Shown here piece by piece: positions 13,994 through 27,650 of a DNA stretch of 64,000 bases (the first letter of the stretch is position 1; each line of letters opens with the position of its first letter). The stretch is taken from positions 1,039,872-1,103,871 of the forward strand of contig NMRA01000075.1 in NCBI GenBank assembly GCA_002633005.1, in the 5' to 3' direction. A model generated the notes under the pieces. It had not been told where the DNA came from, did no database searches, and saw only the letters and a program-made list of their open reading frames with translations. This DNA is from Phoronis australis (lineage: Eukaryota; Animalia; Phoronida). The translations under genes were made by a program, and so were the position numbers.

Positions 13994-16900
13994 CAGTCCA
14001 CTCTTGTTCTGAGAAGTCTTTTAACACCAGAGACTTACTTTCCGACGTGCTTTGCTTCAGCTTACGTACTTTGTCCTGCATTCTCATGCTTCTCACTAAT
14101 TTAACTTGTTAACGTGCTCTTGCTTGCTACTGTTTTGCTAGGCCTGTTCATGCGAGCACAAAACGCCATTGACATCTGAAAACCGAAATGCTAGTACATT
14201 TGAACCAAATATTTCAATTTTGAATATTTGAACCATTTTTGGCACTGTTGCCATACCAACTCTTCTAGTCTTTGCTTTTATGATTTTGTCAAAAATGAAA
14301 TCAAACGTATTTTCAGTGCAATTAATTGTTATCAGAGGGGAACGAAGAACGTCCATTTAGAAAAAGGATACCTTATGCTCTAGAAATGGACACGTTTTAT
14401 ACCAGAAATGGAAAGTTACAGACTCGTTTAGTCCCAGAAATAGACGCTTTGATATTCGCGGTGTACCATGCCTCGGGGCTTATACGGCGAAACATCCGGC
14501 CCGTTCTGTTATACTGACGAATGCTATCTTCGACAACACCGAGTGACCACTGCAGTTAAATAATTCATTTCAACACTTAAAGCTGCATTTCGTCATATTT
14601 AGCTGGCTAAACAGTCAAAAATCGGAGCAGGACTTTTACTTTCATAAAATAGATCTCATAATATTCCTTTCCGTAGTTGCATTACCAACTTTAGTCCCAG
14701 GCAATGCGTATTGGGTTCTCGATTTAAGGGCTTGCCAACCCCTATAAACTCAAGCGTTTTCTTGAGGCGCTAATGGTTTCAGTATTCTTGTAGATAACGA
14801 AAAAATACGGAATCCTTTCACGGTGAAGAATACCATGGGACAAATTTTAAGAGAGTAAAAGGGTTAAATCGAATTTGATTGTCAGTTTTAATCAAATAGA
14901 CCACGTGACCACTGCTTACGTATGTCATTGACATTTGAACAAAGATGAACACTTATTCCAATTACACCTAACACGCTGGAATACTCATGTATCTCCGTAT
15001 CTTGTTTATGTCTCAACAAGGTGGAATATTCGCGTGTCTCCGTATCTCGTTTATATCTCAACTTGAGAATTCCATTTCCGGCCATCTCAACAAGGACCAG
15101 TGCTTACTTATCGTAGATGCCTGTCACACGCTATGAATTAAAACGTAACTCGTGTACAACATTTGCCCTTGAGAGAGGTAATAATCACAGAGATATGCGA
15201 TAAAATGGTGTTTTAAAAACTACTGTTCGTAGGAACACCGTAGTTGCTACATTGGCCACACTTTGAGTCAGGTTGTTCGGTTACAATGAGATTTTGTTAT
15301 ATAAATGCTCCCCGGTACTATAGGCTAATGATAAGCTTACCGAAAGGGTTTATTTCAGTCAAGGTGTTAGGGTACAGTTAAAAGCGTTGTTTGCCTTTAA
15401 GTGTTTGTGTGATGATTGTAACCCTGTTACATTAATGTCTCTCATAACTTTGTTTAGTTAATGCTTATACAGCATGTGTGCATATTCTTTTTTGAAGCTT
15501 CGCGCACCAGCCGCTCATCGGAGGGTGCCTGGGATATCTGGAATGGCAACTTCACTCGTGCACGTTCTTGTAGACACAAGGTAGTTTTACCGTAGATATA
15601 TGTGTCTATGAGTGTTACTGCCTCTGTTATTATGTTATAATATGTGTAAAACCTTTGTTTTACGTAACTGCACAGATTGGTTTTAAGCGTCATGTGTATT
15701 TCAATACTTCATTTGCTATGAATAGTGTTGCTAACAACAATTGTTTACTCGTTGTTCTCTGTAGGTATCGTTTGACTGTCTATTTTGTTCACTACTTAAC
15801 AACTGCACAGCTGTAATAACATGGGGGGGTGCCTCATACCATCAGTCCTACAGTCTACTCCATTCACACACTCCTCCAGTTTCCAACTTTTTTGTTTTGC
15901 GCTTTTAAGCGTCTTAAACAAATTCTCACGTTGCTTTTCCAGTGATATTTTACTAGAAGCCATAGGGATTGCCCGCATTACGTTAATTAAACGCTGGTGC
16001 TCCAGTAATAGCCGAGTTTAACAATACATCTCTGACCATGGACAAGAGGATTGGATCAGGGGATTTCTTAATGTTTGCAGTTTTGGTCTAATTGATAATT
16101 GTTGGGTCGTCATTGAGCACCGACCTCTAATACAGGCCGGACTTGCAGTTCGTCAATACGCGTGCTCCTGTTAGATGTTTCTTACCAATAGGCGTATTAG
16201 GCAGGAGTCATCGAGGCTGGTTAGTACTAATATAAAGAAAAATTAAGGCAGAAAAACATTAAAAAATCGGGCAACGCACCATCCAATGGCATCGACATCG
16301 AAATGTGCGCAAAAGACATAGAGCATTTATGCGCAGATAGGTGTCTACCGTTGGTGTGTGAAATTGGTGGCGACCGGTGGGACACAATTGGGCGGAAGGA
16401 ATTGGCGACGATGGGAGGTACGGAAAATCTGCCCTATGTTCAGTCAAATTTACATAATATGCTCTCTGAGCCGACAAGTTCAGGTATGCCTGTAGTTTTA
16501 TGTTAGACGTAGCCTCCGATCTTCTTAATCTTCATTTGCATGAGTGATGGAGAAATGGTCTAGAAAGTACTTGGATTTTTAAACTGTGAAGCATATCGAC
16601 ATCAAATCAAAGTTATGACCACTAAGGGCATGTACATGCATGGGTATCCTAATAGCTAAAGGGATTTCACTTATTGAAATTTTTCCTATTAAATTTTGTT
16701 TCTGAAATTCAATGAACAAACATTGTTCACTGTCAGACTGGTTTCTACCACATGTTTTTTCACGGGATCTTTTTTACTCCAAACCGCATGAAATTGTTTA
16801 GTCTCGTTAAGTTTGCAATTACGATACTAAAAATTATTGTTTACTTACAGAAACATTTATCTTTCAATCCTGCTACATGTTCTAGCGTTAAGGCACCGAA

Positions 16901-19900
16901 TAGATGGATACTGACAACCACCATTTTTGCGCAATTAATTTGTCAATTGCCAACGTATTGGGTAATTCGAGGGATTCCATCTACGGCAAAACTTACTAAC
17001 GACTCAGGTAGTCGTTCTTTAAATGAATTGTAGGACGGTTGTCGGTTCAAGATCCGCTGAAATAGCTGTCGTGGAGATGTGTATAGACCTGGCTTGCATG
17101 CCGTAGACGCAAAAACTTATCGAGTTAAGTTTGAGTGATCACATGCGTCTCTTGTAATGTATGGCGATATCTCGCGTAAGCATGAGTTTTCGCGAGTTAG
17201 TGGCATCTACGGAACGCAGGGCCGTCGATTACAGTGGTGATCGGATGGCGTGTACCCCGAGAATATTTCGCCCAATAGATTTAGTAAAAGTCTATGTATG
17301 TGATTCGATCCATTTCTAGCTCACATGATTTATTTATTCTTATATGCATGCTGTGCTGATTTCCTTAATATTGTTCGCAACTCACCAAGTTTTTTTGGTG
17401 TCACAGCAGGTTTACGAGCCGGCAACCGTCCCATAATGCACTGATATGAAAAACGAAGGCAGCGCCGTGGACAAAATCCCGCAAATTGTCAATACAAATT
17501 TCTCTTGCAGTCCATACGTCAATGAGGACCGAAACAAATACAATGAGTTACAGTACCTACAACACCGACATGCAGTAAACTTCGTTACCAAGCAACCGCG
17601 CCCGTGCGAGTCGTGTCAAGGATCAAGTTTGAACGACCGCACCGGCACAGCCACTAGTTTTCTCATTGTTACTAGGAAAATGTTGGCTGTGGAACTTATA
17701 TCTCTATGGTTGTGAAGCCATTGTTATATGTTACAACTCGAGTTTGTGATTGACGAAATAGTCTGAACTTGATAACTTGATAATTTATTTTTTCATTCAA
17801 CCGATATTTTGGTTGTAATCAGTCATTTCAAATATAAAAGCTGTTCGAAAATGTTAACTCATAATACTGTATAAGGCATTAGGCTTTACATGAAAGAAAA
17901 TAGTATAGATTTGATATGACCTGGACTAATGTTGTGTTCGGACATTATGTGTTTGACGTTCGCCATTAATTCAATGTATCACATCCTAATTGTAAAATTT
18001 ACTGTGTGTCTGGGCGAATCACCAGTTGCAGATCAGTTTGTCTGGAAGAGTTATTCAATCAGTTTTCTTCAAATGAAGATGTTGTGATGTCTACTACTAA
18101 TCTGGAGACCAAAGTGTGGGACTCCTAAACAGAAGCATCCTGGTGGCAAAAGTGTGACTGAAAAGTCACCTCTAATTACTTTAATGATTCAAATCCTCAG
18201 TCGAAAACGGATTAATTTTGTGGCACAGTGTCAGTTTGATGTTTTAATGACTTTAATTATATTTTCCTCTTTATTGATTTTCGACATTCGAAATCATGTT
18301 TTTCGGGATTATGAGTACGTCGGATGCGGTTTGGATCTTACACAAAATTGACACCGTTGTTTGTTTATTGCTGCATTGATGCACCTCGTGTTTGCGGTGA
18401 AATAAGAAAAAACACTAAGGGGTAACCGATTTGATCAATTCAAATTTGCTGTTGATTAATTTCAAAAACCTTTAAATATTGTTTTTTAAGTCAAATAACA
18501 TATTTTTTAATTTTAAGTAATAGACGCCACACTGAACGTGGGAATGGGCAAACACAAGTTTATACTTAGATGTTATTTAATTCGAAGTAAATCATCAAAT
18601 TTAAATTTATCAAAAAGGAAATTTCTCTTGTTATGTTATTTTCGTGAACTAAACTTATTTCACAAACCCAAGAACATAACATAATCGCCATGTATCGAAA
18701 TGCAACGGGTACACTCGATTTTGAAATTTGCGCGCTTTGAGATGGTCAAATTGAGCATTCTTAGGTGATACTGTTAAACCAGTCCCAAAATATTAGTCGG
18801 TGTCCCCTTTTATTCATACCAACGTGGTACTATTATGTTTGTAGTTCTAGGTATGGTGCAAAACATGGTGACAGCTCCAAGGAAAGGAAACTGATGATGT
18901 TGTTTGAGCAACAATAGCTCAAAAATAAGTCGGTCCCAGATTCGAGGTCACGTAAAAGGTTAACAAAAATACTGTGAAACACGAATGCCAGAGATGATTT
19001 TACTAAGAACTGGTGGTGTTTTTTGTGTTCCAGAAATCCCAAATTTTCTTTTGCAAGGCACATAAATTACTCACTGTAGAAGAAAAAACAGCACGATTAA
19101 TTGTCCTCCGTCTTGATGCAGCAGTTTAGCACTACATGTAGTTCAAAATACTCGTTATCTGCGGTTGGTTCTTCATTTCGTGCAAAATTTTCGTGCTCTC
19201 AAATAAGAGTCTGTTGCCGTACTTTTTAAACCTTCTACTGGAAAACAAACTTCGGGATTCCGGGATTAAGTAAAATACCAAAGGGTTCAAATTATGTGAT
19301 AACCCAAAATTAAAAAGTTTCCAGTAAAAACAACTTTTGGTTCTGCTGTTTTAGTATAATTGTTGTATTTTTGGAACACCGGGTACATCCATGTTTTGAA
19401 AATGGTTGCCGTAAACAAAATTACCTTGTAACTGAATGTTGAACTGACCATTATTAATTGTGTACTATATACAGCACTGTGTCGATATTCCGTCAACCGG
19501 TTAGCATTACTGAACGAGAGAGATATAGATGTGATTTGGTGTGATGTTTTCTAACAATTGGCTTTTACACAATTAGTAAGCCGTAGACAATCATTAATAT
19601 AAAATTCAACAAGACGTTATGTAATTTTAGACTCGTTCCTAAGCTTAGTAAGTATACGTTACACATGTTGTGAATGAAGACTTGTTTGAAGTACTTAATA
19701 AAAGTCATTATAGTTTCCCATGTTGTTATGGAATTGGCTGAAAAACGTTACAGTGTCGTTTGCTTTCCGCAGTATGAGCTCACCGTCCCCTCGTTGCATG
19801 CTGTTCGCAGGTTCAGCAGAATGTTGTCTCATAATGTAGCAGAAAATGACCACATTCTCTAATAAAAGGTTCATACTGTAGTAACTATTTTTCCGAGTTG

Positions 19901-21903
19901 CGATACACATGACCTTTAAGCCAGAACAATTGAAAATTAAGTTTAGCAATTACTTTTTAAAGTAATGATATTTTGCTAAGTAGATAATTAAATTAACATC
20001 TTCCGGTCTATAGGCTGGCTCTCCGGAACCAAGGCACCAAAGTTGCTTAGCTGCAAAGGGACATTACACTGATTTATTATCCATGTTTCCAAACAATGCT
20101 CAAAATTTTTGAACAAATAAGCAAATCCAACAGTATTATTAGAGATGTCACACAACAATCAAACTTTTCGAGCAGATAAGTATTGAATTTAATATAACCC
20201 AGCCCAGTAGTACTGCATTGAAATTTCATATCCTTTCCTATTTAGGGGCCCCAGTCCTAGGAGGGAGACCATTGGTGGTATCTGTGGCAATTTTTTTACT
20301 GTTTTGTATGTCTTCTTCTTTCTTCGTGAGGTCTTCTCAAGGAGGGTTTTTTGTGAAATCGTACAACATTTTATGTTATGGAAGGTTACCTATCGATCGA
20401 ATTAACTATCACCCCTTTTTCAGTTTTTAATGAAATAGTTTTTTGTATTAAGGGTCCTCTTTTAGATGGGATCATCTCTTTGCGGGGGTGCAGGATTCCC
20501 TATAAATGCACTGTTAGCTATTCGCGAGATTAAGCTGATGAAATTTCAAATTGTTGAAAAAACACAGAGCATTCCTAAGGAAAGCACAACAGCATCAAGA
20601 CATGCAGCCCAGAACAACCACAAATGCAAGATTGCATTGAAAATACAATAGAATTGATGAAAAAAAGAAGAACTAGAAAATCACTGATCGTCAAATACAC
20701 AAAGTCAATATTATTGATAGTTTTGCGACGATAAAAGGTTATTTTCCCAAAGAATTACAAGACTAGCATTTCTTTCCTGGATCGCAATTAAAGTCCTGAT
20801 CTCACACGTTGTTAACCCTTATTACATGGTTAGAGGATGTTATAAGGATCCAAGAAGTACCTACCCCATACACGATCCGTACTAGAAAAAAGTTTAAATG
20901 AACGCGCCACTCACGATTCGCACCCGAAGAACCACCGCCATTTTGAACTTAGCGCGCGAACCCGGAAGTACAATTCATTCAGGAACCCAGGCTAAGAAAA
21001 CGCCGTCAGTGTGAGTGCCTGTTACCAGCCTGCAAACGGGGATAAAATAATGGACAGCGCGCCTTAATTTTAATAAAATCAACATACGGACAATTTTATC
21101 GAATTTGATGAAGAAATGTGGCGAATAAATTTTGACACTGAGAAATTATTTTGCCGGCCTCGGGACCGCAGGCTATTGGACCCGGTGCGGATCGAGACAA
21201 GACGCAGGCGAACGGTAAAGGCATGCGGTTGCAAGCTGTTTTGTCGAAGTAAAATGTTCAAGTCATAAATGCCGTATAAATTCAAAGGTAGTTTCAGACA
21301 CTTGCATAAAATTACGGGCTGGTTAATCCTGTGTCACACTGCCGCGGGAGCCCTTAGCTAGCCTCAGTGCCAGCTCACCAGTATGAAAACTACCGTCAAA
21401 ATACAGCTAGCTTGTCAGTAGACCCACACAGCTTTGGGCCAAGGCTACCCTTAGGCCTACCTCGTCGCTGGCCACAGCTCTCGCTCAAACGAGGTTTATT
21501 TAGAACTTGGGTACTTCTGGAGAACTGTGCAAAGGTGTTGGCTTTCAACAGAGATTTTCTCAGACTTTGTATGAGTGCACCAAGCTTAAAAATTTTTGGG
21601 AATGTCTATCTTTTACTGGGTATGTACAGAGTTATGAATTGCAGACGCTAAATTTTGGTACTTACTATCTTCTAGTGGAATATATCGTCTCGTTTTCTAC
21701 TTTTTTCTTTCTTCTCTGACTGAGGCAGACCTTTTTCCATTTCTCCAAAGGGGGCTCGTTCGAGCACATAAGTATGACAAGTCCAATACAAAATGTTATC
21801 ATTTTTTATTCATTAACCCAAAATGAGGCAAACTTTTAACATAACAGGTAACTTAAAATGTACAATACTTTACAACATCTAGCATTACAAACACTATTCA
21901 ACA

Positions 21904-22150
21904 CATGCGCGCACCCAGCCTTCAATATGGGGGTCTCGAATTCCCGGGGATGTGGGCCTTTTGCTAAAAAAAGAGTCGGCGGACTAAAAAAAAAACGGGG
22001 GCACCACTGTGAATTGCGCGTTTGCGCTTCTTTAGTGGACTTTTCTCCCATTTTCTCGGGCTTTTTGTCTCTCGGGGGCTGCCTTTTTGCCCACTTCGCC
22101 AAATGGGGGGGCTGTTTCGAGCCCCCCGAGCCCCCCTGGGTGCGCACATG
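21904..22150. mobile_element. Short MITE with 15-bp TIR and 5-bp TSD
   Basis: CATGCGCGCACCCAG...CTGGGTGCGCACATG (1 mismatch), flanked by CAACA on both sides. Confidence 0.75.
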
Positions 22151-23675
22151 CAACAGCAAAAGTTTCGATGTTATAAAAGTGGACTTACATGTAACTATTA
22201 TCATGGTGACCAAACAGTGTTTCCTTACACCAGAATTTGACAAGCATGATTAAAAAAATATGAAGTTGCAAGGAACAAGAATTATAGGCTTGAAGCTTCA
22301 CAATCCAACATAGCTTATTTCCCAAATCAAGATTATTCATTTTGTTGACTTGATAACCTGAATTAAGAAGCAATAAGCTACAAAACATGACTTGAAAGCA
22401 ATTGAGACTTAAAATTTAGAAAAATATGAATCATTTTGTGACACCAAATCAAGCCTTGAACAGCAGTTGACAGTCAAACAAAAAGCCATTTCAAAATTAT
22501 TTTTTTAGCTTAGTGTAAGATCACCTGAATGGGAAATTCACAGTAAAATAATTCGAATATATCTTATATTTTGCACAAAAAACACGAAAATTGAACAAAG
22601 TTCCTTTTTTGTAGCAACGTTTGTCAAAATGTATCAACATTAAATCTTCACAAATTACAAAGTGGCCGAATGAACATGCCTTTCAGTTCATCAAAACTCG
22701 CCATGTTGTCGGTGCCGCCAGAAATGAGACGAAGTCCAACGGGAATTCAGGTGAGCACATTTATCACTTAATAAGTAACAACTGCGAGGCTGACATTTGG
22801 TGAACACTGTTGTGTCGTGCAGAATAGTAAGTAAAGATATGTCTAACTAAATTTCACCGTAATTTGTTGGCGAAAACAATTTACACAAATCGTAACTTAT
22901 CCCGCTGTCCTCAAATATGGTCGACGCGATCCAAACAAAGTGATCCAAATTTCGCCAAATAACTTACAATAACTTTACACTGCTTGCCCCGATTTTGACA
23001 CTTTTTCTATTTTTACTGAGTAGAATGCACTGACTTTCAGATGATAGCAAAGTACATTTTCAAAAAGAGAAAAAAAAAATCAAAACGAAAAAAATTGGTT
23101 CGACCCATCTTGGTTCCTAGGTTCGACCGACCTACGTAAGGAACTAAACACCAATGCTATTTTAACATAATAAGTACGCGTAACATTCCAAAAAAAATTC
23201 AACGACCACTAACTACAAACTATAAATACACTATACACACAAACGAATCGCGAGATATTACTAATAAAACAAATTAAAGAAGACTTTTCGAGCAAGCGAT
23301 AGCACATTCATTTACAAGGAAAAAATGGCGGCTTTCAGGACAAGTTCCTGAACTGATGAGCCGGAAATGCGGGTACGGAAATAACCGATGACAGCCGGTA
23401 ATTATACGCTCACAGAGAAGGGTCAAATAAACGAACTGCCTACATTCTAGGGCGAGTGACGCCAGGCCCTCGACCCCGGCCCAGATCGAGTGTTACGACA
23501 CGTAGTCTTATTAGACAGGTTAGAATTTTCAAAAAAAGGCCTCAGAAAATGGTGTCTAGGGCATTTGGGGGTAATGCAGACGAAGATTGATTTTAACTAA
23601 CTTTGGGGGTACTGAATCCAAAAAAAATTGTATGCCGTGCTGGATTTTGCCGGCATAACCCTCAAATCCAAGATG

Positions 23676-24475
23676 GCTGCCATAGGCTATATTGAAATTG
23701 GCAAGTCCCATTAAATGCCTTTTAAAATGAGTATCATACATCAAACTATAGGTTTTCAGGTATGATAAAATCGATTCTGATACTATTTTTGTGACTGGAG
23801 GTAAATGTCACGCAAAAATGTCAAGGTCAAGGTCACATTATGCCGCACATGTTCCATTGAAAATACTGTGAGCTCAAATATTTCAGGCCATCTTTACACA
23901 TAAATCCAGACTACTTTTGGAGTGTTTCAGGAACAACCCTGTGTGGCAAAATGAAGTTTGGCTTTTTTGATGGTAATCCCGGATACTGCAACTGACATTT
24001 TCGTGTGTTCAAGTGATCATACATTTGCAAAATTCAACCTTTGAGCATAATCTTGACATCCAAACACGAAAATAGTGCTTAAAATGAGCTTCCAGTGCAT
24101 GAGAAACTAATACATTGTTATATCGCTCGAGAGCTATGAATACTTCCTTAGGCATTACAACTCCAGCGGCTGGCGGCCATCGATTATGTAAGAAAAATTC
24201 ATTTAGCCGTACAATGTTATGCCTGAAACACTCCAAAACTAGTCTGAATTTATGTGTAAAGATGCCCTGAAATATTTGCGCTCACTGTATTTCCAATGGA
24301 ACATGTAGTGTGGCATAATGAGGCCTTGACCTCTTTATCGTGACCTTGACCTCCAATCACAAAAATAGTATCAGAATCGATTTTATCATACCTGAAAATC
24401 CATAGTTTGATGTATCATACTCATTTTAAAAAGCATTTATTGGGACTTGCCAATTTCAATATGGCCGATGGCGGC
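23676..24475. repeat. Long inverted repeat (foldback), ~255-bp arms and ~290-bp spacer
   Basis: Arm 23676-23931 is the near-perfect reverse complement of 24222-24475, e.g. TTTTCAGGTATGATAAAATCGATTCTGATACTATTTTTGTGA / TCACAAAAATAGTATCAGAATCGATTTTATCATACCTGAAAA. Confidence 0.9.
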
Positions 24476-24929
24476 GTTGATATCATTTGGTGCACAATGT
24501 AAAAATTAAACAATCTTTTAATTTCAATTTTTACATGGTGCACAAAAAGATTTCAACACTTAGGCCTACTGTTTTAACCTCTCGTCTGAGTAAGGAAAAA
24601 GTTGATGTCCATTTTATAGCGAGAGAAGTGTTCTATATCAAAAGTTCTCCTCTTGAACTGAACGCGGGTTTAGTTGAAGTCGCTTTACTATAAGTGCACG
24701 AGAAGATGCCAAACGTGATTTAGTCGTATGAACTCCTTTACTTACTCCACTTGTTGATCTTTTAGATGTTAGTTGTGACCATTCAGGCTAGTTGGGAGAA
24801 TCTTAGGTCCCGCTCTATATAGACTTATGAGTAGCCGTCAATTTCAGTAATAGAGGTGAAGCGCCCTGCACCATGGACCAGAGCTTGATTTAGTACTGGA
24901 CTGGACCGAGACAAAGAAAATGACCCATG

Positions 24930-25245
24930 CAGGGGCGGATCCAGAATTTTGAGATAGGGTGGCCAGGGCACAGGAATAACCAGAATTTCTGCACATGTGC
25001 GCGCCCAGCCTAAACTGTAGGGATGCAGGGGTCTCCAATTTTTGGATTTGCGGATCTTTACTAAATAAAACGGTAAACGGGGTTTGTTCAAAGCCTATGC
25101 ATTGTGCATTCGCCCCCCGAGTCCCACTGGATGCGCGCATATGCTAGTCAGCAATTCGCACCCCGAACTGCTAAATGGTATCTGGGAGAATTTTAGGGGT
25201 CATGGCCCCCTCGGCACCTCCCCCTCCCCTCTTAATCTGCCACTG
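24930..25245. mobile_element. Short MITE (CAGGGGCGGATC.. type) containing a nested CATG(C/T)GCGC-type MITE at 24994-25143
   Basis: Outer ends CAGGGGCGGATCCAG / CTTAATCTGCCACTG; inner ends CATGTGCGCGCCCAG / CTGGATGCGCGCATATG resemble the 21904 element. Confidence 0.55.
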
Positions 25246-26039
25246 TCATGAGTGATTTGGGCAGCAGATTCCGTATTTTCAAAAACGCACTAACTGACTC
25301 TTATGGCCTAGTATCATGTTTACCTTTTCACAACATGGAGAGTCAGAACGAGGGGGGTGAGGGGGGTCGTCCAAGGGAGGGGGAGGGGGCGTTGAGTGAA
25401 TTAGTGGCAACCGTGGGAGAGAATTGGTGCCGACCGTGGAAGTGGTCCAGTTGGTTGTTGAGTGAAGGATGAGATTGATAGCGTCTGGGGAAAATTACAC
25501 ATATTCGGGTAATGTCATGTCCCCCCAACACAGGCAAGTACAAATACGCCTGTGCTTATGTGCTTGTGCATGCGCATGACACATGTGCGTACGTGGCCGT
25601 GCGTTTGTTCCCGTGCACTTTGAAAAATATGTTGAAATCATCCGATTGAGTCATCATTGTGTTATGATGTGACGATTAAATTAAACTTTTGTTTCCTAAT
25701 GCAATTTGTATCGTCAGAAGTCTACCCTTTTGAACTCACATTGGCCGTAAATTGCGCAATTTGCATAAGTGGCCCAAGGCTATACCTTTCTTTTTGTGCT
25801 CGCCTTTACATGCAAGTAGGAGAAAGTGGGACACCTTGAGCCATGGGGCACTATGTTCCTTTCCTTGCCAAATTAAATAAACCAATACTTTGGCACCAGA
25901 TGCCACTTGCATGTGCTCCTGCTGGCAAGGTGTGAAACCATTTTGTATCATTTTCTGTTTCGCGCAGGTGTAGATTTTGTAGCATGTTGTTGATAATTTG
26001 CCGACTTCAGTAAAATTTCAAAGTAAGTTAGTTTTCCTT

Positions 26040-26847
26040 CTATAATAAACGATAGCCTAGACACAAAGAAACTGAACATTATAGACCAGTGATTATACTG
26101 TCAGTTCTGTCCAAGATTTTTGAGACTCCTGTTACAGATGAACCCGTTTTTAGATATTATCCGCAGATTGCTGCCCACAGGAGCGGATATAGCTGCCAAT
26201 CTGTTTTACTACGTATGGTTGAAGATTGGAAGTTGGCTGCTGAACACAATCAGTGTGCTGGAGCAGTGCTCATGGATCTGAGCAAAGTGTTCGACTGCCT
26301 CCCGCATCAACTCATGATCGCAAACTTAAGAGCGTATGGTGTAAGTGAACAGGCTTGTCGCCTTTTTATGGTCTGTCAGGAAGGAAACAGCGTGTTAGGA
26401 TCGGTGGAGTGTCTAGTGATTGGCTAGATAAAGTCAAGGGAGCGTCACAGGGATCCATCATGGGTCCAGTTCTGTTTAATATTTTTGTGAACGATATCAG
26501 TGTGTTATTTACTGAGGTACAGTGGTATAATTATCCTGATGATAACACTCTCTCAGCAAGTGCTCGCACAAGAGATGACGTCATTGCCATACTGACATCT
26601 GAGTCTTCAAAAGCAATTACCTGGTTAAAGCAATATATGATGGAGGCAAATCCATCAAAAATTCCATTCTATATTTCTTCATTACTCCAAGAACGTATCC
26701 AGGGCAGTTGTCGAGGTTGAAGGAGCCAAAATCACCAGTGAGGTGAACGTTAAGTTACTTGGTGTATAATCGGTGACTGAGGACCCGAGTTTTAACAACC
26801 GTATTAAAGTTTTATGCCGAAAGGCAGGAGCTCAGCTCAACGTTTTA
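26040..26847 (+). mobile_element. Decayed non-LTR retrotransposon RT fragment (CR1/L2-like group)
   Basis: YRPVIILSVLSKIFE, AVLMDLSKVFDCLPH, GRKQRVRI, GASQGSIMGPVLFNIFVNDI, YPDD (YADD motif); frameshifts and deletions. Confidence 0.88.
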
Positions 26848-27200
26848 CCTATCAACACCCTCCGTTCCCTACTAGTCAGACCCAAAGACCCAACCCCTAT
26901 GGCTAAACAATGTGGGGTAATAGGCCTATACCAGCTGAAATGTGACCAGAATCGCAACCACACCTACATTGGAGAAACCAAGATACCGTTCCTTACCATA
27001 TTCAAAGAACATCTGAAACTAGACAGACCAACAGCTGTGGGGGAACATATTTTGGCGACTGGGCACACCATCTCTCTTGCGTCATCCAGGATCCTAGCCA
27101 AGGAACAAAATTGGCATACTCGTAAGCTCAAAGAGGCCATGAACATCAACAGTCAGTGCCTCCTCCTGAACCGGGACAGAGGACTCCACTTACCCCCGTG
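26848..27200 (+). mobile_element. Penelope-like element fragment (GIY-YIG endonuclease)
   Basis: PINTLRSLLVRPKDP...GLYQLKC...YIGET...KEH...TAVGEH...RKLKEAMNI...LNRDRG, characteristic of the PLE C-terminal GIY-YIG. Confidence 0.88.
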
Positions 27201-27650
27201 TACTCCATTCTTCATTACAGCGTTCTGTCGTTCAGTAACTTTTCCAGACGTGAGGGGTGCTGAACGTGCGATAACATCTGGCTATTTTGTTAACTGCCCA
27301 GCTCAGTCTTTTGTCCCGTATGATAACAAGCAGGCCAATTATCTCTCAGGCTTCAAAGAAAACGTCTGGTGGTTGCACGCTATTACCGAAGGCGTATGAA
27401 CACAGTCAAACTCAGTAACCTGTAACCTGTAACCATAAATGCCAGAATGGAGTTAATCAGTCGTGTAAGATATTGGCTACAGGGGTAAACTTCCCAACTT
27501 GTTGGACTATAGAATCGAACAATTGGGAGCAACTGGATGTCGCCGTCATGTAACGAGCGAAAGGCGGGAAATCCCTTATTCATCGACAAAGAAGTGGCGG
27601 ACCAGGTCGAAACGTCTGCTAACAACCAACCACGTCTCTAAGTAAGTGAC

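Noticed and set aside
20930-23400. YY1/ETS-like promoter words (CCGCCATTTT, CCGGAAGT, AAAATGGCGG)
   Set aside because: No associated exon identified; such words are common inside transposon relics.
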